Positions 31,289-40,693 of a stretch of 64,000 nucleotides of DNA are shown here, one piece after another (position 1 is the first letter of the stretch; every line of letters begins with the position of its first letter). Source of the DNA: an uncultured Chloroflexia bacterium. Lineage in GTDB: Bacteria; Chloroflexota; UBA6077; JACCZL01. Under the pieces are notes generated by a model. That model worked only from the letters and a program-made list of their open reading frames with translations. It was not told where the DNA came from and did no database searches. The stretch spans positions 224,001-288,000 of the forward strand of contig CAVXYC010000019.1 of NCBI GenBank assembly GCA_963765765.1, read 5' to 3'. The position numbers and the translations under genes were made by a program.

Positions 31289-34223
31289 ATGAGTGATGAC
31301 GACTTAGTAACGCGCACGGATGGGCCTCTGGTATTCCATGTGCGGCCTGGGTCCTACGCTGAGGAGCGATTGGGTGGCTTGTCGGCGGCCTTCGTCGCCG
31401 CGGCAGCGCGCATCGCGGAACACTTCGGCAAACATTCCTCTGATCTGAATCCCATCCATCTCTGTTTCGTGGACGTTCCTCACTCGCACGAGGAGAGCTC
31501 CGACCCGGCGGGCACTGTCTACTGCTTGCAGATCAACTCCGAATCACCTGGCCAGCCGGCGGAGATTGTGCTCACGCCGATCGTGGCTGACCAGCTCGTC
31601 GGACCAGGACACCCGTTTGGGCGATTCTGGATCGATGGCCTGGCTGGCTATCTCGCCGCTCAAGCCGGATCCACCGAATACGCTGAGATGCCGGCCAGGG
31701 TCAACAGGATGAGGGAAGAGGGCCAGCTCCAGTCGGTGCTGGAATATATCCGTCAGCGCGCTGAGCGCCGGTCTCCTTTGGCATCCTATGTGGCCTCGGC
31801 CTTCGTCACGTATCTCATCACCTGGCGTGGCCCCGAACGATTTCAACGGCTCCTGCTCGAGGCGCGGAAGGGGAATCCCGATGCGTTTCGCAGCGCCTAT
31901 CGTCCCCCGCTGCAGGTTGTGGAAGGACAGTGGCTGCGCAAGCTAGAGGCGGCCAACCAGACAGGCGGCGGGTCGATGATTGACGCTGTACGACGAGTTG
32001 ATCCCGTACTTCACCCCCTATGCCAGTACGCTGAGCTGGGTCATGCTCACAATCGTTCTAGGGCTCTCGTTCGATCTTTTCGTGCCATTTGCATTTCGCT
32101 TCTTGATCGATCAGATTTTGACCCGGCGACCATTGCCGTTCCCAATACCCGGTATTGGCAACGCCGGCGAGCAGATTGCCGTCGACGAACGAATGCAAAC
32201 GCTCTTTGTGCTTCTTGGCGCAATGGTGTTCATGTTCATCATCAACACGATTGCCCGGATCCGTCAGACGTACCTCGTGGCAACGGTCAGTCAGAGCGTG
32301 AACCTCGAGCTACGCCGCCGTTTCTTCGAGCACATGCAGCGCTTGCCGGTGACGTTCCACGCACGCACCGCGGCCACTGACATTAGCCAGCGTTTCTTTA
32401 CCGATATCGCCTACGTTCCGGCGTCGCTGTCCACGGGGCTTGTTCCGTTGCTCAGCAACGGTCTGGCGATGCTCCTTTTCGGTTTCTCGATGCTCTCAAC
32501 CAATCTCATTCTCGCCGGGATCGCGATTGCCGGATTACCCCTCTTTGCTTTTTCAGCGAGGACCGGGCGCGTCACTACGCGCGAGCTGCAGCGGGAGGGC
32601 TCACGACGTGTCAGTGAGATTCAGCAGTCGCTCTTCGAGAACCTCGCGGGCCAGAGATTTCTTCGCTTCTGGAATGCTCGTGCAGGCCACCGTGAATCGC
32701 TTCGAGGAAAAGCTCCAGATCAATCGCGATCTCAACGTCCGAACCACCCTAGTCACTTCCACATTTGCTCGAGCGACCATGCTCATCACGAATGCAGCGC
32801 AGGTGGCCATTCTCATCACTGGCGGCGCCATCGTCATACTTTCCAATGGTCAGGACCTCACCGCGGGAGCACTGACGGCCTTTTATCTCCTTTTGCTCCG
32901 TCTCTATGGTCCAGCGGGCCAATTTGCAGGTGCTACACAATCGCTGACGCAGGGCGCTGACGGCCTGAATCGACTGCGACGCATCTTCGATCAGAAGCCC
33001 GAGGAGGAGCCGGTCGAAGCGGTCGTCCTGGGGCCGTTGCAGAAGAGCATCGAGCTAAAGGACGTGGGACTGAGTCAGAGCGGTGGCAAAGTCGTGCTAC
33101 GGCGACTCTCGGCTGTCATCCCAGCGGGCAAGAAGATCGCTTTTGTCGGTCCAACTGGATCTGGGAAGGCCAATCTCATCACGCTCTTTCCGCGTCTGGA
33201 GAGTGCTACATCCGGTCAGGTCCTCTGGGATGGGTTGGATACCGCGCTGGTGACGCGGGATTCGCTCCGGTCTCAACTGACGGTGCTTACGCAGGATACC
33301 TTCGTCTTGAATGCCACGATCTACGAGAACATACGAATTACCAAGCCCGATGCTACCGAAGACGAAGTACTGCGCGCCTCAAATGACGCCGGGCTTCACG
33401 AGTTCGTCAACGGACTCCCAGGCGCCTACGATACGGTTACGAGCGATCGCGATCCGACATTGTCTGCTCCATTGCGGCAGCGGCTGAGTGTGGCAGGGCG
33501 TTATTGCGCGACTGCTCTGTAATTCTTATGGACGACGCGCTCTCCGCCCTCGATCCTCCTACTCAGAGAGAGCTGGAGCTAAAGCTGCGCGCGCATGCAT
33601 CATCCGGCACCCTCATTGTTGTTGCCCAGCGGCTTGGGAGCATCGAGGATGCAGACAACATCTATGTGATGGACGATGGTCAGGTTGTCGAGTCGGGCAC
33701 GCATTATGAGCTCCTTGACGCGCCCGGGCTTTACGTCCAGCTTCTCAAGGATGAGCTGGGTGAGGCCGCGGTAAGTGGCGCGCGCCAGGCTATGCGCCGA
33801 TTGAGCAAGCTGGCGCCATTCTCCAGTCTGCCGCCCGAAGTCATTGAGGAGACATCTGATCTTCTGCTTTTCATGGAGCGGTTGCCCGGTCAGGACATCG
33901 TGCGGGAGGGAAGCCTGGGCGATGAGCTCTTCATTATCGGGCGTGGCGAGGTGGAGATCGTCGTCCACGATGAGGACGGGGATGAGCAGATCGTTGCGAC
34001 GCTGGGTGAGGGCGATTACTTCGGGGAGATCAGCTTCCTCCGCAGAACGGCCCGAACTGCCACCGTGCGAGCTCGAACGCCCACCGAGCTTCACGTGCTC
34101 CGTCGTGTGGACTTCGACTTGTTGCTCAACCGGCTGGGCGAGGGCACCCTGGAGCACATGGAAGAAACCGCTCGCGCTCGGCTCGAGGACACGCGCTCAA
34201 AGCTAGCGGCGCTTTCAGCGTAG
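31289..34223 (+). CDS. ABC exporter with N-terminal peptidase-MA-like domain, TMD, degenerate NBD and C-terminal cNMP-binding domain; frameshifts near 31990, 32670 and 33500
   Basis: FWIDGLAGYL, SAFVTYLITWRGPERF; NBD GPTGSGKAN, LSAPLRQRL, LMDDALSALD, AQRL; cNMP cassette GDYFGEISFLRRTARTATV; AAGGAGG RBS. Confidence 0.85.
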
Positions 34224-34255
34224 TTTCCTTCATCAGGTCCATCTCTTCCGTTGAA

Positions 34256-34354
34256 CCTTGGACGCGGCGGTTTCGCGCTTCTCCTAGTGCGAAGCGCGTC
34301 CGGCAGCGGCTTCGAGCCTCGCAAGAAAGCGGCGAAGACCGCCGCGGTCCAAGG
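34256..34354. repeat. Imperfect inverted repeat between convergent genes
   Basis: ccttggacgcggcggtttcgcgctt ... aagcggcgaagaccgccgcggtccaagg. Confidence 0.55.
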
Positions 34355-34367
34355 CGCTTGGCGCCGA

Positions 34368-35102
34368 CTAGCTGTCGTAATTTCCGAGCTCGCGCTGTAG
34401 AAAATCCACTACAAGCGGCCAGGCAAGCTCTCCCGCGTGTGGCTCGTAGAAGGCGTCCGGATCGATGAACCCGTGTCCGCCGTGAGCGAAATAGTGCCAT
34501 TCCAGCCGCTGACCATTTTCAAGACATGCTTTCCAGAGCAGCATCTGGACTTCAACGGGGGAGACTGTCTCATCCGCTCCGAACATGATCAGCGAAGGAC
34601 ATTTGAAATCCGCAGCTGCTTCCCAGCCGCGACGTGGACGCATCTCGGTCTTCGGTTCGTCGCGCACAGTCGGGTAATAGCCCACGAATGCCCGTACATT
34701 GGGCGTGGCGGCAACGAAGTGCAGGGCAATTCGACCGCCCATGCAGTACCCAGCTACCGCGGCTCGTTCCTTATCCACATCGGGACGTGCCAGGAGATGC
34801 TCCCAGCCCTTGTTGATCGCGGCTATGAACTGCGCGTCAGACGTCTGACGCTGAAGCTCGGCCCCGAGGTGAATGTGCGTCACCGAAGGATGCCCGAGTA
34901 TCTCGTACAGGTTTGGAATGATCGTGGTGTAGCCCAGCTTGGCGTACTTGCGCGCCTCGATCTTTAGGTAGCCAGTGAGACCCGTGTACTGATGCACGAG
35001 AAGCAGCGCCGGCCCGGGACTGGTACGACGCGGATACGCGATGTAGCCCGCAATTCCATGCTGATCCGTCTTCAGCGCATGCTCGATGATCTCGTAATCC
35101 AT
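34368..35102 (-). CDS. Dienelactone hydrolase family protein
   Basis: GYCMGG nucleophile elbow, FGADE, HGF. Confidence 0.85.
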   Translation of the reverse strand: MDYEIIEHALKTDQHGIAGYIAYPRRTSPGPALLLVHQYTGLTGYLKIEARKYAKLGYTTIIPNLYEILGHPSVTHIHLGAELQRQTSDAQFIAAINKGWEHLLARPDVDKERAAVAGYCMGGRIALHFVAATPNVRAFVGYYPTVRDEPKTEMRPRRGWEAAADFKCPSLIMFGADETVSPVEVQMLLWKACLENGQRLEWHYFAHGGHGFIDPDAFYEPHAGELAWPLVVDFLQRELGNYDS

Positions 35103-35191
35103 AGCGAGAAAACTCCGAATCGAATTCATTCATCACAAGTGCCGGATCGCGGTTGATGGAGGATTGCCGTAGTTCAAAGTACAATCGGTCC

Positions 35192-35416
35192 ATGAGCTGG
35201 GAGGATCGAATCACTGTTACGCCAGGCGTGCGCAGCGGGAAACCCTGCATCCGCGGAACACGCATAACGGTGTACGACGTACTCGAGTATCTCGCAAGTG
35301 GAATGTCCGAAAGCGAGATTCTCCGTGATTTCCCCGATTTGACTCAGCATGATATTCGGGCGGTGCTCGGATTCGCCGCCGCGCGTGAGCGGCGAGTAGC
35401 TTCTCCTGCGATGTGA
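35192..35416 (+). CDS. DUF433 antitoxin
   Basis: ITVTPGVRSGKPCIRGTRITVYDVLEYLASGMS; TACAAT 6 nt upstream of ATG. Confidence 0.9.
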   Translation: MSWEDRITVTPGVRSGKPCIRGTRITVYDVLEYLASGMSESEILRDFPDLTQHDIRAVLGFAAARERRVASPAM

Positions 35417-35763
35417 GGCTGCTCTTTGATGAGAACTTAAGCTATCGACTAATTTCCATCCTGACCGCTGAATATCCCGAGAGTGCGCACGTCAGAGACC
35501 TTGGCCTAAAGGGTGCGGCCGATCAGTCGATTTGGCAATTCGCACGCGACAACGGTTACGCCGTTGTGTCCAAGGACTCGGACTTTCGTGATCAAAGCTT
35601 TGTCACCGGCCATCCTCCCAAAGTGATCTGGCTGGATGTTGGCAATGTCAGCACCACAGTAATCATTAATATCCTCCGGTCCCACCTCGAGCTCGTCAAT
35701 CAATTCGAAGTCGCCGAGCAAGAATCACTGCTGATTCTGTCTTTGCATGACGATTCCATCTGA
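35413..35763 (+). CDS. DUF5615 PIN-like toxin
   Basis: LLFDENLS, ADQSIWQFA, VSKDSDF; GTGA overlap with the DUF433 gene. Confidence 0.9.
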   Translation: MRLLFDENLSYRLISILTAEYPESAHVRDLGLKGAADQSIWQFARDNGYAVVSKDSDFRDQSFVTGHPPKVIWLDVGNVSTTVIINILRSHLELVNQFEVAEQESLLILSLHDDSI

Positions 35764-35794
35764 CCGAATTGTTTTGCGGATGAGCCAAGCCGCG

Positions 35795-35820
35795 GGAACA
35801 AAGATCTGACTTCCTGCGTC
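35795..35820 (+). promoter_or_regulatory. Candidate ECF sigma promoter
   Basis: GGAAC-N17-CGTC, 40 bp upstream of the DUF2330 gene. Confidence 0.45.
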
Positions 35821-35860
35821 TCCCCTGCCAACGGGTAACTGACTCGTGAGAGGAGATGGC

Positions 35861-36904
35861 ATGCGAGGCCTTGTTAATGTTTTCGCGGTGGGTGCCGCGA
35901 TCTCCGCGGCGGCTCTCGGAGCGGCCGCCCCCGTGCTGGCATGCGCGGGGCTCATCGGATCGAATGGCGCAGTGAATCTTGGCCGCACAACGACCCTCGC
36001 GGCCTACAGCGACGGTATGGAGCATTACGTCACGGCGTTCAAGTTCCAGGGTGGTGGCGGCCAATTTGGAACCTTGATCCCACTGCCTGACGTGCCATCC
36101 AGCGTTGACCGCGGCGGCGCATGGACCCTGCAGCGACTCATTCGAGAGACAGAGCCGCCTCGAGCGCTACGCTTAGCTGCCTCGGATAGTGTTCTAGCCG
36201 CGCCTGCGCCGGCGGAAGTGCTACTGCAGACTCGCGTTGATGCCCTTGATCTCACCGTTTTGAAGGGTGGAGCTCCGTCGGTAGCAGCCTGGGCGACCGA
36301 CCACGGTTTCCGACTCTCCCCCGACGCTCCCGAGGTGCTCGAGTTTTACGCTGAACGCAGCCCGATCTTCCTGGCGGCGGTGTTCGATGGCGAGGCGGCC
36401 GCGGCTCGTGGCCAGCAGCTCGGCGATGGCACTCCAGTTCACATCACCATTCCGACATCCAATCCGTGGGTACCCCTGCGAATCCTCGGTCTTGGTCGAC
36501 AGCCCACAGACGAGATTCAAGCGGATGTGTTCCTGCTGACTGACCAACTCCCCACCATGCTTCCTGGAACAAACAAGGAGCTGGGACTCGCCCACAGCGC
36601 TCAGGCGAACAAGCGACTCCTGGACGATCTGCGGGCAGACGAAGGGATGAGCTGGATTCCTGAGTCAGCATGGCTGACAAAGGTCACTGTGAACAGCACG
36701 ACGGCGAACCTGCGATATGACCTTGCCGTGGACGCTACCGGCCAGGGTATGCCGTCACGTGTGGCTGCCGGACTCGAGTCGCCTTCGCAACCCGTGTCGC
36801 TCGACGGCATGGTGCCACCCGCGGCGGCAGGGGCCGGAGCGATGATCTTGATGGCTGCTCCAGCGATAGCTCGTGCCCGCCGCGAGCGCAAGTCGGAGCC
36901 GTGA
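35861..36904 (+). CDS. DUF2330-like secreted protein with C-terminal membrane anchor
   Basis: Signal peptide ending LACAG, FGTLIPLPDVP, W..DHGF, PLRI; hydrophobic tail followed by RRERK. Confidence 0.65.
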   Translation: MRGLVNVFAVGAAISAAALGAAAPVLACAGLIGSNGAVNLGRTTTLAAYSDGMEHYVTAFKFQGGGGQFGTLIPLPDVPSSVDRGGAWTLQRLIRETEPPRALRLAASDSVLAAPAPAEVLLQTRVDALDLTVLKGGAPSVAAWATDHGFRLSPDAPEVLEFYAERSPIFLAAVFDGEAAAARGQQLGDGTPVHITIPTSNPWVPLRILGLGRQPTDEIQADVFLLTDQLPTMLPGTNKELGLAHSAQANKRLLDDLRADEGMSWIPESAWLTKVTVNSTTANLRYDLAVDATGQGMPSRVAAGLESPSQPVSLDGMVPPAAAGAGAMILMAAPAIARARRERKSEP

Positions 36905-37302
36905 GGCGATATAGGGCGCTGGGCGCGATCCTGCTCATCGGACTGATGAGCGGGTGCGCGCCCGGCGGCCCAACCACCAACGATGCGACAGTGGTCTTCC
37001 GATACTCACACTTTGATCCGGGCGACCTGAAGGTCAAGGCCGGCGTACCGGTCATGTTCACGCTCCGCAACGACGATCCGATCGAGCACGAATGGATCGT
37101 GGGACCGAGCTCGATTCATCAGGTCCACCGAGTCGGTACGGAAGCGGTCCACAATGAGCGGCCAACCGAAGTCACGGTGCCGCCTTATACGACCAAGACA
37201 ACCACGATTGTCTTTGAACAGCCAGGCGCCATCCAGTACATCTGTCATCTCCCCGGCCATGAGGAATACGGCATGAAGGGAGTGCTCACCGTCGTTCGGT
37301 AA
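36901..37302 (+). CDS. Cupredoxin (plastocyanin/azurin-like) lipoprotein
   Basis: Lipobox MSGC; type-1 Cu ligands H(EW), C-HLPG-H-EEYG-M. Confidence 0.85.
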   Translation: MRRYRALGAILLIGLMSGCAPGGPTTNDATVVFRYSHFDPGDLKVKAGVPVMFTLRNDDPIEHEWIVGPSSIHQVHRVGTEAVHNERPTEVTVPPYTTKTTTIVFEQPGAIQYICHLPGHEEYGMKGVLTVVR

Positions 37303-37382
37303 CGGAACCGCGCGAAGCGCCTTGAGCAGCACGGAACCGGTACAGTGTCTCGTCACGGAATGGAGATCTGGAGGATCCGTAT

Positions 37383-38244
37383 ATGGGCGCGCATGAGCAG
37401 CGAAAGCGACTTCGCGAGATATTGGCCGGCGACGAGTTCGTGTCCCCCGCGTCGGTGTATGACCCGCTGACAGCGCGCGCGGCCGAGGCACTCGGATACG
37501 AGATGATGATGTTCGCGGGCTCCACCGCGTCGCTCACGGTGTTAGGAGCGCCAGACCTCGTGGTGCTGACGCTTTCTGAGTTCGCGGAGCAGTGTCACCG
37601 AATCACGCGAGTAAGCTCCCTGCCGCTCATGGTGGATGCCGATCACGGGTATGGCAATGCCCTAAATGTCATGCGCTGCGTGCAGGAGATGGAAGCGGCC
37701 GGAGTCTCAGCGATGAGCATCGAGGACACCGTACTGCCGCGCGCATTTGGATCGAGCGGCGAGACGTTCACCTCGGTGGAAGAAGGCGTGGGCAAGATGA
37801 AAGCTGCTCTAGCGGCACGCTCCGATCCGAGCTTCGTAATCTACGGTCGCACCAGCGCGATTCGAGCTGAAGGGATCGAGGGCGTGCTCAAACGGGCCAA
37901 GGCCTATGAGGAGGTAGGCGTCGATGGCCTCTTCTTCGTCGGCCTTCGTACCAAGGCGGAGCTGGAGGCGCTTCGGGCGCAGTCATCCCTGCCCTTCATC
38001 ATGGGCTCTACTGGACCGGAGATTGCGGATCGAGCCTATCTGGCATCTCAGGGCGCTCGCGTGGGCGGCTGGGACCACGCGCCACTTCAGGCAGCAGCTC
38101 GTGCGGCCTACGATTCGCTGCGCGGGCACCGGGAGTCAACCGCGCCCGGCAAGGTTCCGCCCGGCATTAGAAGCGTCAGAATTCATCGGGAAACTTACGG
38201 CGCAGTCTGAGTATGAGGCGGCAACAAAGGAGTTCCTGAGCTAG
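37383..38244 (+). CDS. Isocitrate lyase/PEP mutase family enzyme (oxaloacetate decarboxylase-like); frameshift near the C-terminus
   Basis: SVYDPLTAR, VDADHGYGNALN, IEDTVLP, GRT. Confidence 0.85.
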
Positions 38245-38283
38245 TCTGTCGCAAGTATCGAATGCGGCAGCGACTTCACTAGC

Positions 38284-38380
38284 TTCCGGAGCGACGGGCT
38301 TCCCGCCCGCCCGCGAAGCGCCGCTTCTAAGGCTGAGGTAGCGCCTGCGCGGACGGGCGGGAAGCCCGTCGCTCCGGGAA
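38284..38380. repeat. Long inverted repeat (REP-like)
   Basis: ccggagcgacgggcttcccgcccg ... cgggcgggaagcccgtcgctccgg. Confidence 0.7.
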
Positions 38381-38408
38381 TTCGAAGATACGATCGGACT
38401 GAGTATTC

Positions 38409-39105
38409 GTGACCCCGGAAGGCAGCTCTTTAGAGAATGTCCGCTCCGCCTACGACCGCTGGTCGCAGGTCTACGACCACGATGCCAATCCACTACCCGC
38501 GCTCGAATCCGGGCCCATGCGGGCCGCAATCGGCGACGTGCAGCGGAGACGAGTGCTGGACCTTGGCTGCGGGACAGGTCGGCACACGGCCTGGCTCTCA
38601 GAGCAGGGCGCGGACGTCACGGCGGTGGACTTTTCAGCCGGCATGCTCGCCCAGGCTCGCTCACAGTGCGCGTCGGGCAGACGTGCGATTCGTCGTTCAC
38701 GATTTGCATGAGCCGCTGCCGTTCCCTGAACGCTCATTTGACGTGCTGGTTAGCGCCCTGGTGCTGGAGCACATCCGAGCTCTCGAGCCCTTCTTCACTG
38801 AAATGCAACGCGTGCTTACGCCGGGCGGGCGAGCGCTTGTTTCGACGCTCCATCCGTCCATGTTCCTCGTGGGCAGTCAGGCAAGGTTCACCGACCCGGA
38901 GTCCGGAGCCATCGTTCGTCCGGGCAGCGTTGACCATCCAATTGGTGAGATCGTGATGGCCACGATACGCGCCGGGCTCAAGCTGGAAGCGATTGAAGAG
39001 CATGCACCCACACTGGAGTTTGCCGACAGGTACATTCGCGCCGTGAAGTACGTTGGTCGACAGATGTTGTTGATGCTTGTGATGCGCGCGGGGCAGAGAA
39101 CATGA
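38409..39105 (+). CDS. Class I SAM-dependent methyltransferase (frameshift near 38670)
   Basis: VLDLGCGTGR, VDFSAGML, LPFPERSFD, RVLTPGG. Confidence 0.85.
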
Positions 39106-39440
39106 CCATTGAGCGATTTTCGGAATACCAGCGTCAGTCCAGAAAAACCTGGAACCCCGTGCACACGGACGATCCTATCGTCTATCCCACACTGGGCCTG
39201 GTCAACGAGGCCGGAGAGGTCGCTGGGAAAGTCAAGAAGATCTTCCGCGACAAGGGCGGGACCATCTCAGACGAGGATCGTGAGGAGCTCAAGCTTGAGC
39301 TTGGTGACGTCCTCTGGTACATCGCCCAGATCTGCACCGAGCTGGGCATTTCGCTGGACGATGTTGCCGACGCAAACATTGAGAAGCTTCGCTCACGGTT
39401 CGAGCGCGGCACGATTCGGGGCGAGGGCGATCATCGGTAG
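39102..39440 (+). CDS. MazG-like NTP pyrophosphohydrolase
   Basis: LGLVNEAGEVA, ELGDVLWY, NIEKLRSR...GEGDHR; ATGA overlap with the upstream gene. Confidence 0.9.
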   Translation: MTIERFSEYQRQSRKTWNPVHTDDPIVYPTLGLVNEAGEVAGKVKKIFRDKGGTISDEDREELKLELGDVLWYIAQICTELGISLDDVADANIEKLRSRFERGTIRGEGDHR

Positions 39441-39465
39441 AGGTCGCTGAGTCTGAGTCCTGGCT

Positions 39466-39585
39466 ATTTCGCGAGCCCCTCACCCCAACCGGCGAGGGAG
39501 CCGTTGTGGCGTTGATCGGGATCGATCTCCCCAGCTTGGCTCCCTCGCCCTTTGGGAGAGGGTTGGGGTGAGGGGCTCGCGAAAT
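39466..39585. repeat. BoxC-like palindrome (variant)
   Basis: atttcgcgagcccctcaccccaacc ... gggagagggttggggtgaggggctcgcgaaat. Confidence 0.75.
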
Positions 39586-39592
39586 CCTCTCC

Positions 39593-40393
39593 CTACTCCG
39601 GCATTACATGCAGCTGCGCAACAATCCCCTCCAGCGCCTTGGACGCAGCCGGGTAGCGTGCGAGCACGAGTGGATCATGGCCGGGAACAACGTGAGACGG
39701 GGACTCAGCAAGGCTGCGCAGCCTCTCATAGCCATCGACCATCTGGCCAAGGTGAAATGCAGTGGGGAAGCAGCGCCCGGTCTCCATATGTTCGTAGTAA
39801 TGACTCGCGTCTGAAGCCAGCACCACCCAGCCGCGCTCAGTGTGGACGCGCACTGACTGCAAGCCCATGGTGTGACCACCGATGCGATGCAAACTGACGC
39901 CAGGTGCAATCTCAGCGTCTCCGTCGTGGAATGCAATCCGCCCCGCGAATGACATGCGCACCATGCTGACCACGTCTTCTATCTCAAAGCTGTGCTTGAA
40001 CTGGCGCTGCTGCATATATCGTCCCGTCACGAAGCGCATCTCATCATCCTGAAGATGGAACGTCGCGTTCGGAAAGTCGGGGTACGTGCCCACGTGGTCG
40101 TAATGCATGTGCGAGATGATGACCGTGTCGATCGCGTCAGCGTCCACATCCAGGAGCGCTAGCCCATCCTTGGGCTTACGCAGATGACGCCGCCCGCGCT
40201 TCTCCGCGACCTCGGCGGTGTAGCCCGTGTCGAGCAAGATGGTCCGATCGTCATTGCGGATCAGCCAGACGAAGTAGTCCATAGGCATCGGGGCATCATG
40301 GGGATCCCCACCAATGAAGTGCTCCGATCGTCGGGCATCGCGCTCGGCATATTTCACCGCGAAAACCTCGTAGGTCGGTTCACTCATTTCCAT
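39593..40393 (-). CDS. Metallo-beta-lactamase fold hydrolase, N-acyl homoserine lactonase family
   Basis: LDTG, SHMHYDHVG, GGHTMG, ASDA, PGHDP. Confidence 0.85.
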   Translation of the reverse strand: MEMSEPTYEVFAVKYAERDARRSEHFIGGDPHDAPMPMDYFVWLIRNDDRTILLDTGYTAEVAEKRGRRHLRKPKDGLALLDVDADAIDTVIISHMHYDHVGTYPDFPNATFHLQDDEMRFVTGRYMQQRQFKHSFEIEDVVSMVRMSFAGRIAFHDGDAEIAPGVSLHRIGGHTMGLQSVRVHTERGWVVLASDASHYYEHMETGRCFPTAFHLGQMVDGYERLRSLAESPSHVVPGHDPLVLARYPAASKALEGIVAQLHVMPE

Positions 40394-40693
40394 ATCCCCT
40401 CTACCGCTTCATGACCGCGTTGCATCGCCAGCGCGTCCGCTGTGGTTCCGAAGGAATCGTCTAACTCTTCTCTTCGCCAATCCATAGGTGCATGATCTTA
40501 GCGGGCATTGGCCGCGTTTTGGAACGGAGCGCCGTCGAAATGCGATTCAAGCCTACGGCAATAGAAAACCCTACCCGTTCCCGTGGCGCTTCGCGCTCTC
40601 GTTTGGCCTGAATGGTTGCCGGACCGGTCATGCGAGGTAATACTGGGAGCAGATCAGGCAATGGCACAACCCCCGGTACCTGGGAGGTCATCC

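Noticed and set aside
28342-34223. Classical PCAT/bacteriocin exporter
   Set aside because: No C39 Cys/His motif, and no HlyD, precursor peptide or modification enzymes nearby.
39593-40393. Quorum-quenching function
   Set aside because: The family motif alone does not show AHL specificity; many members are catabolic lactonases.
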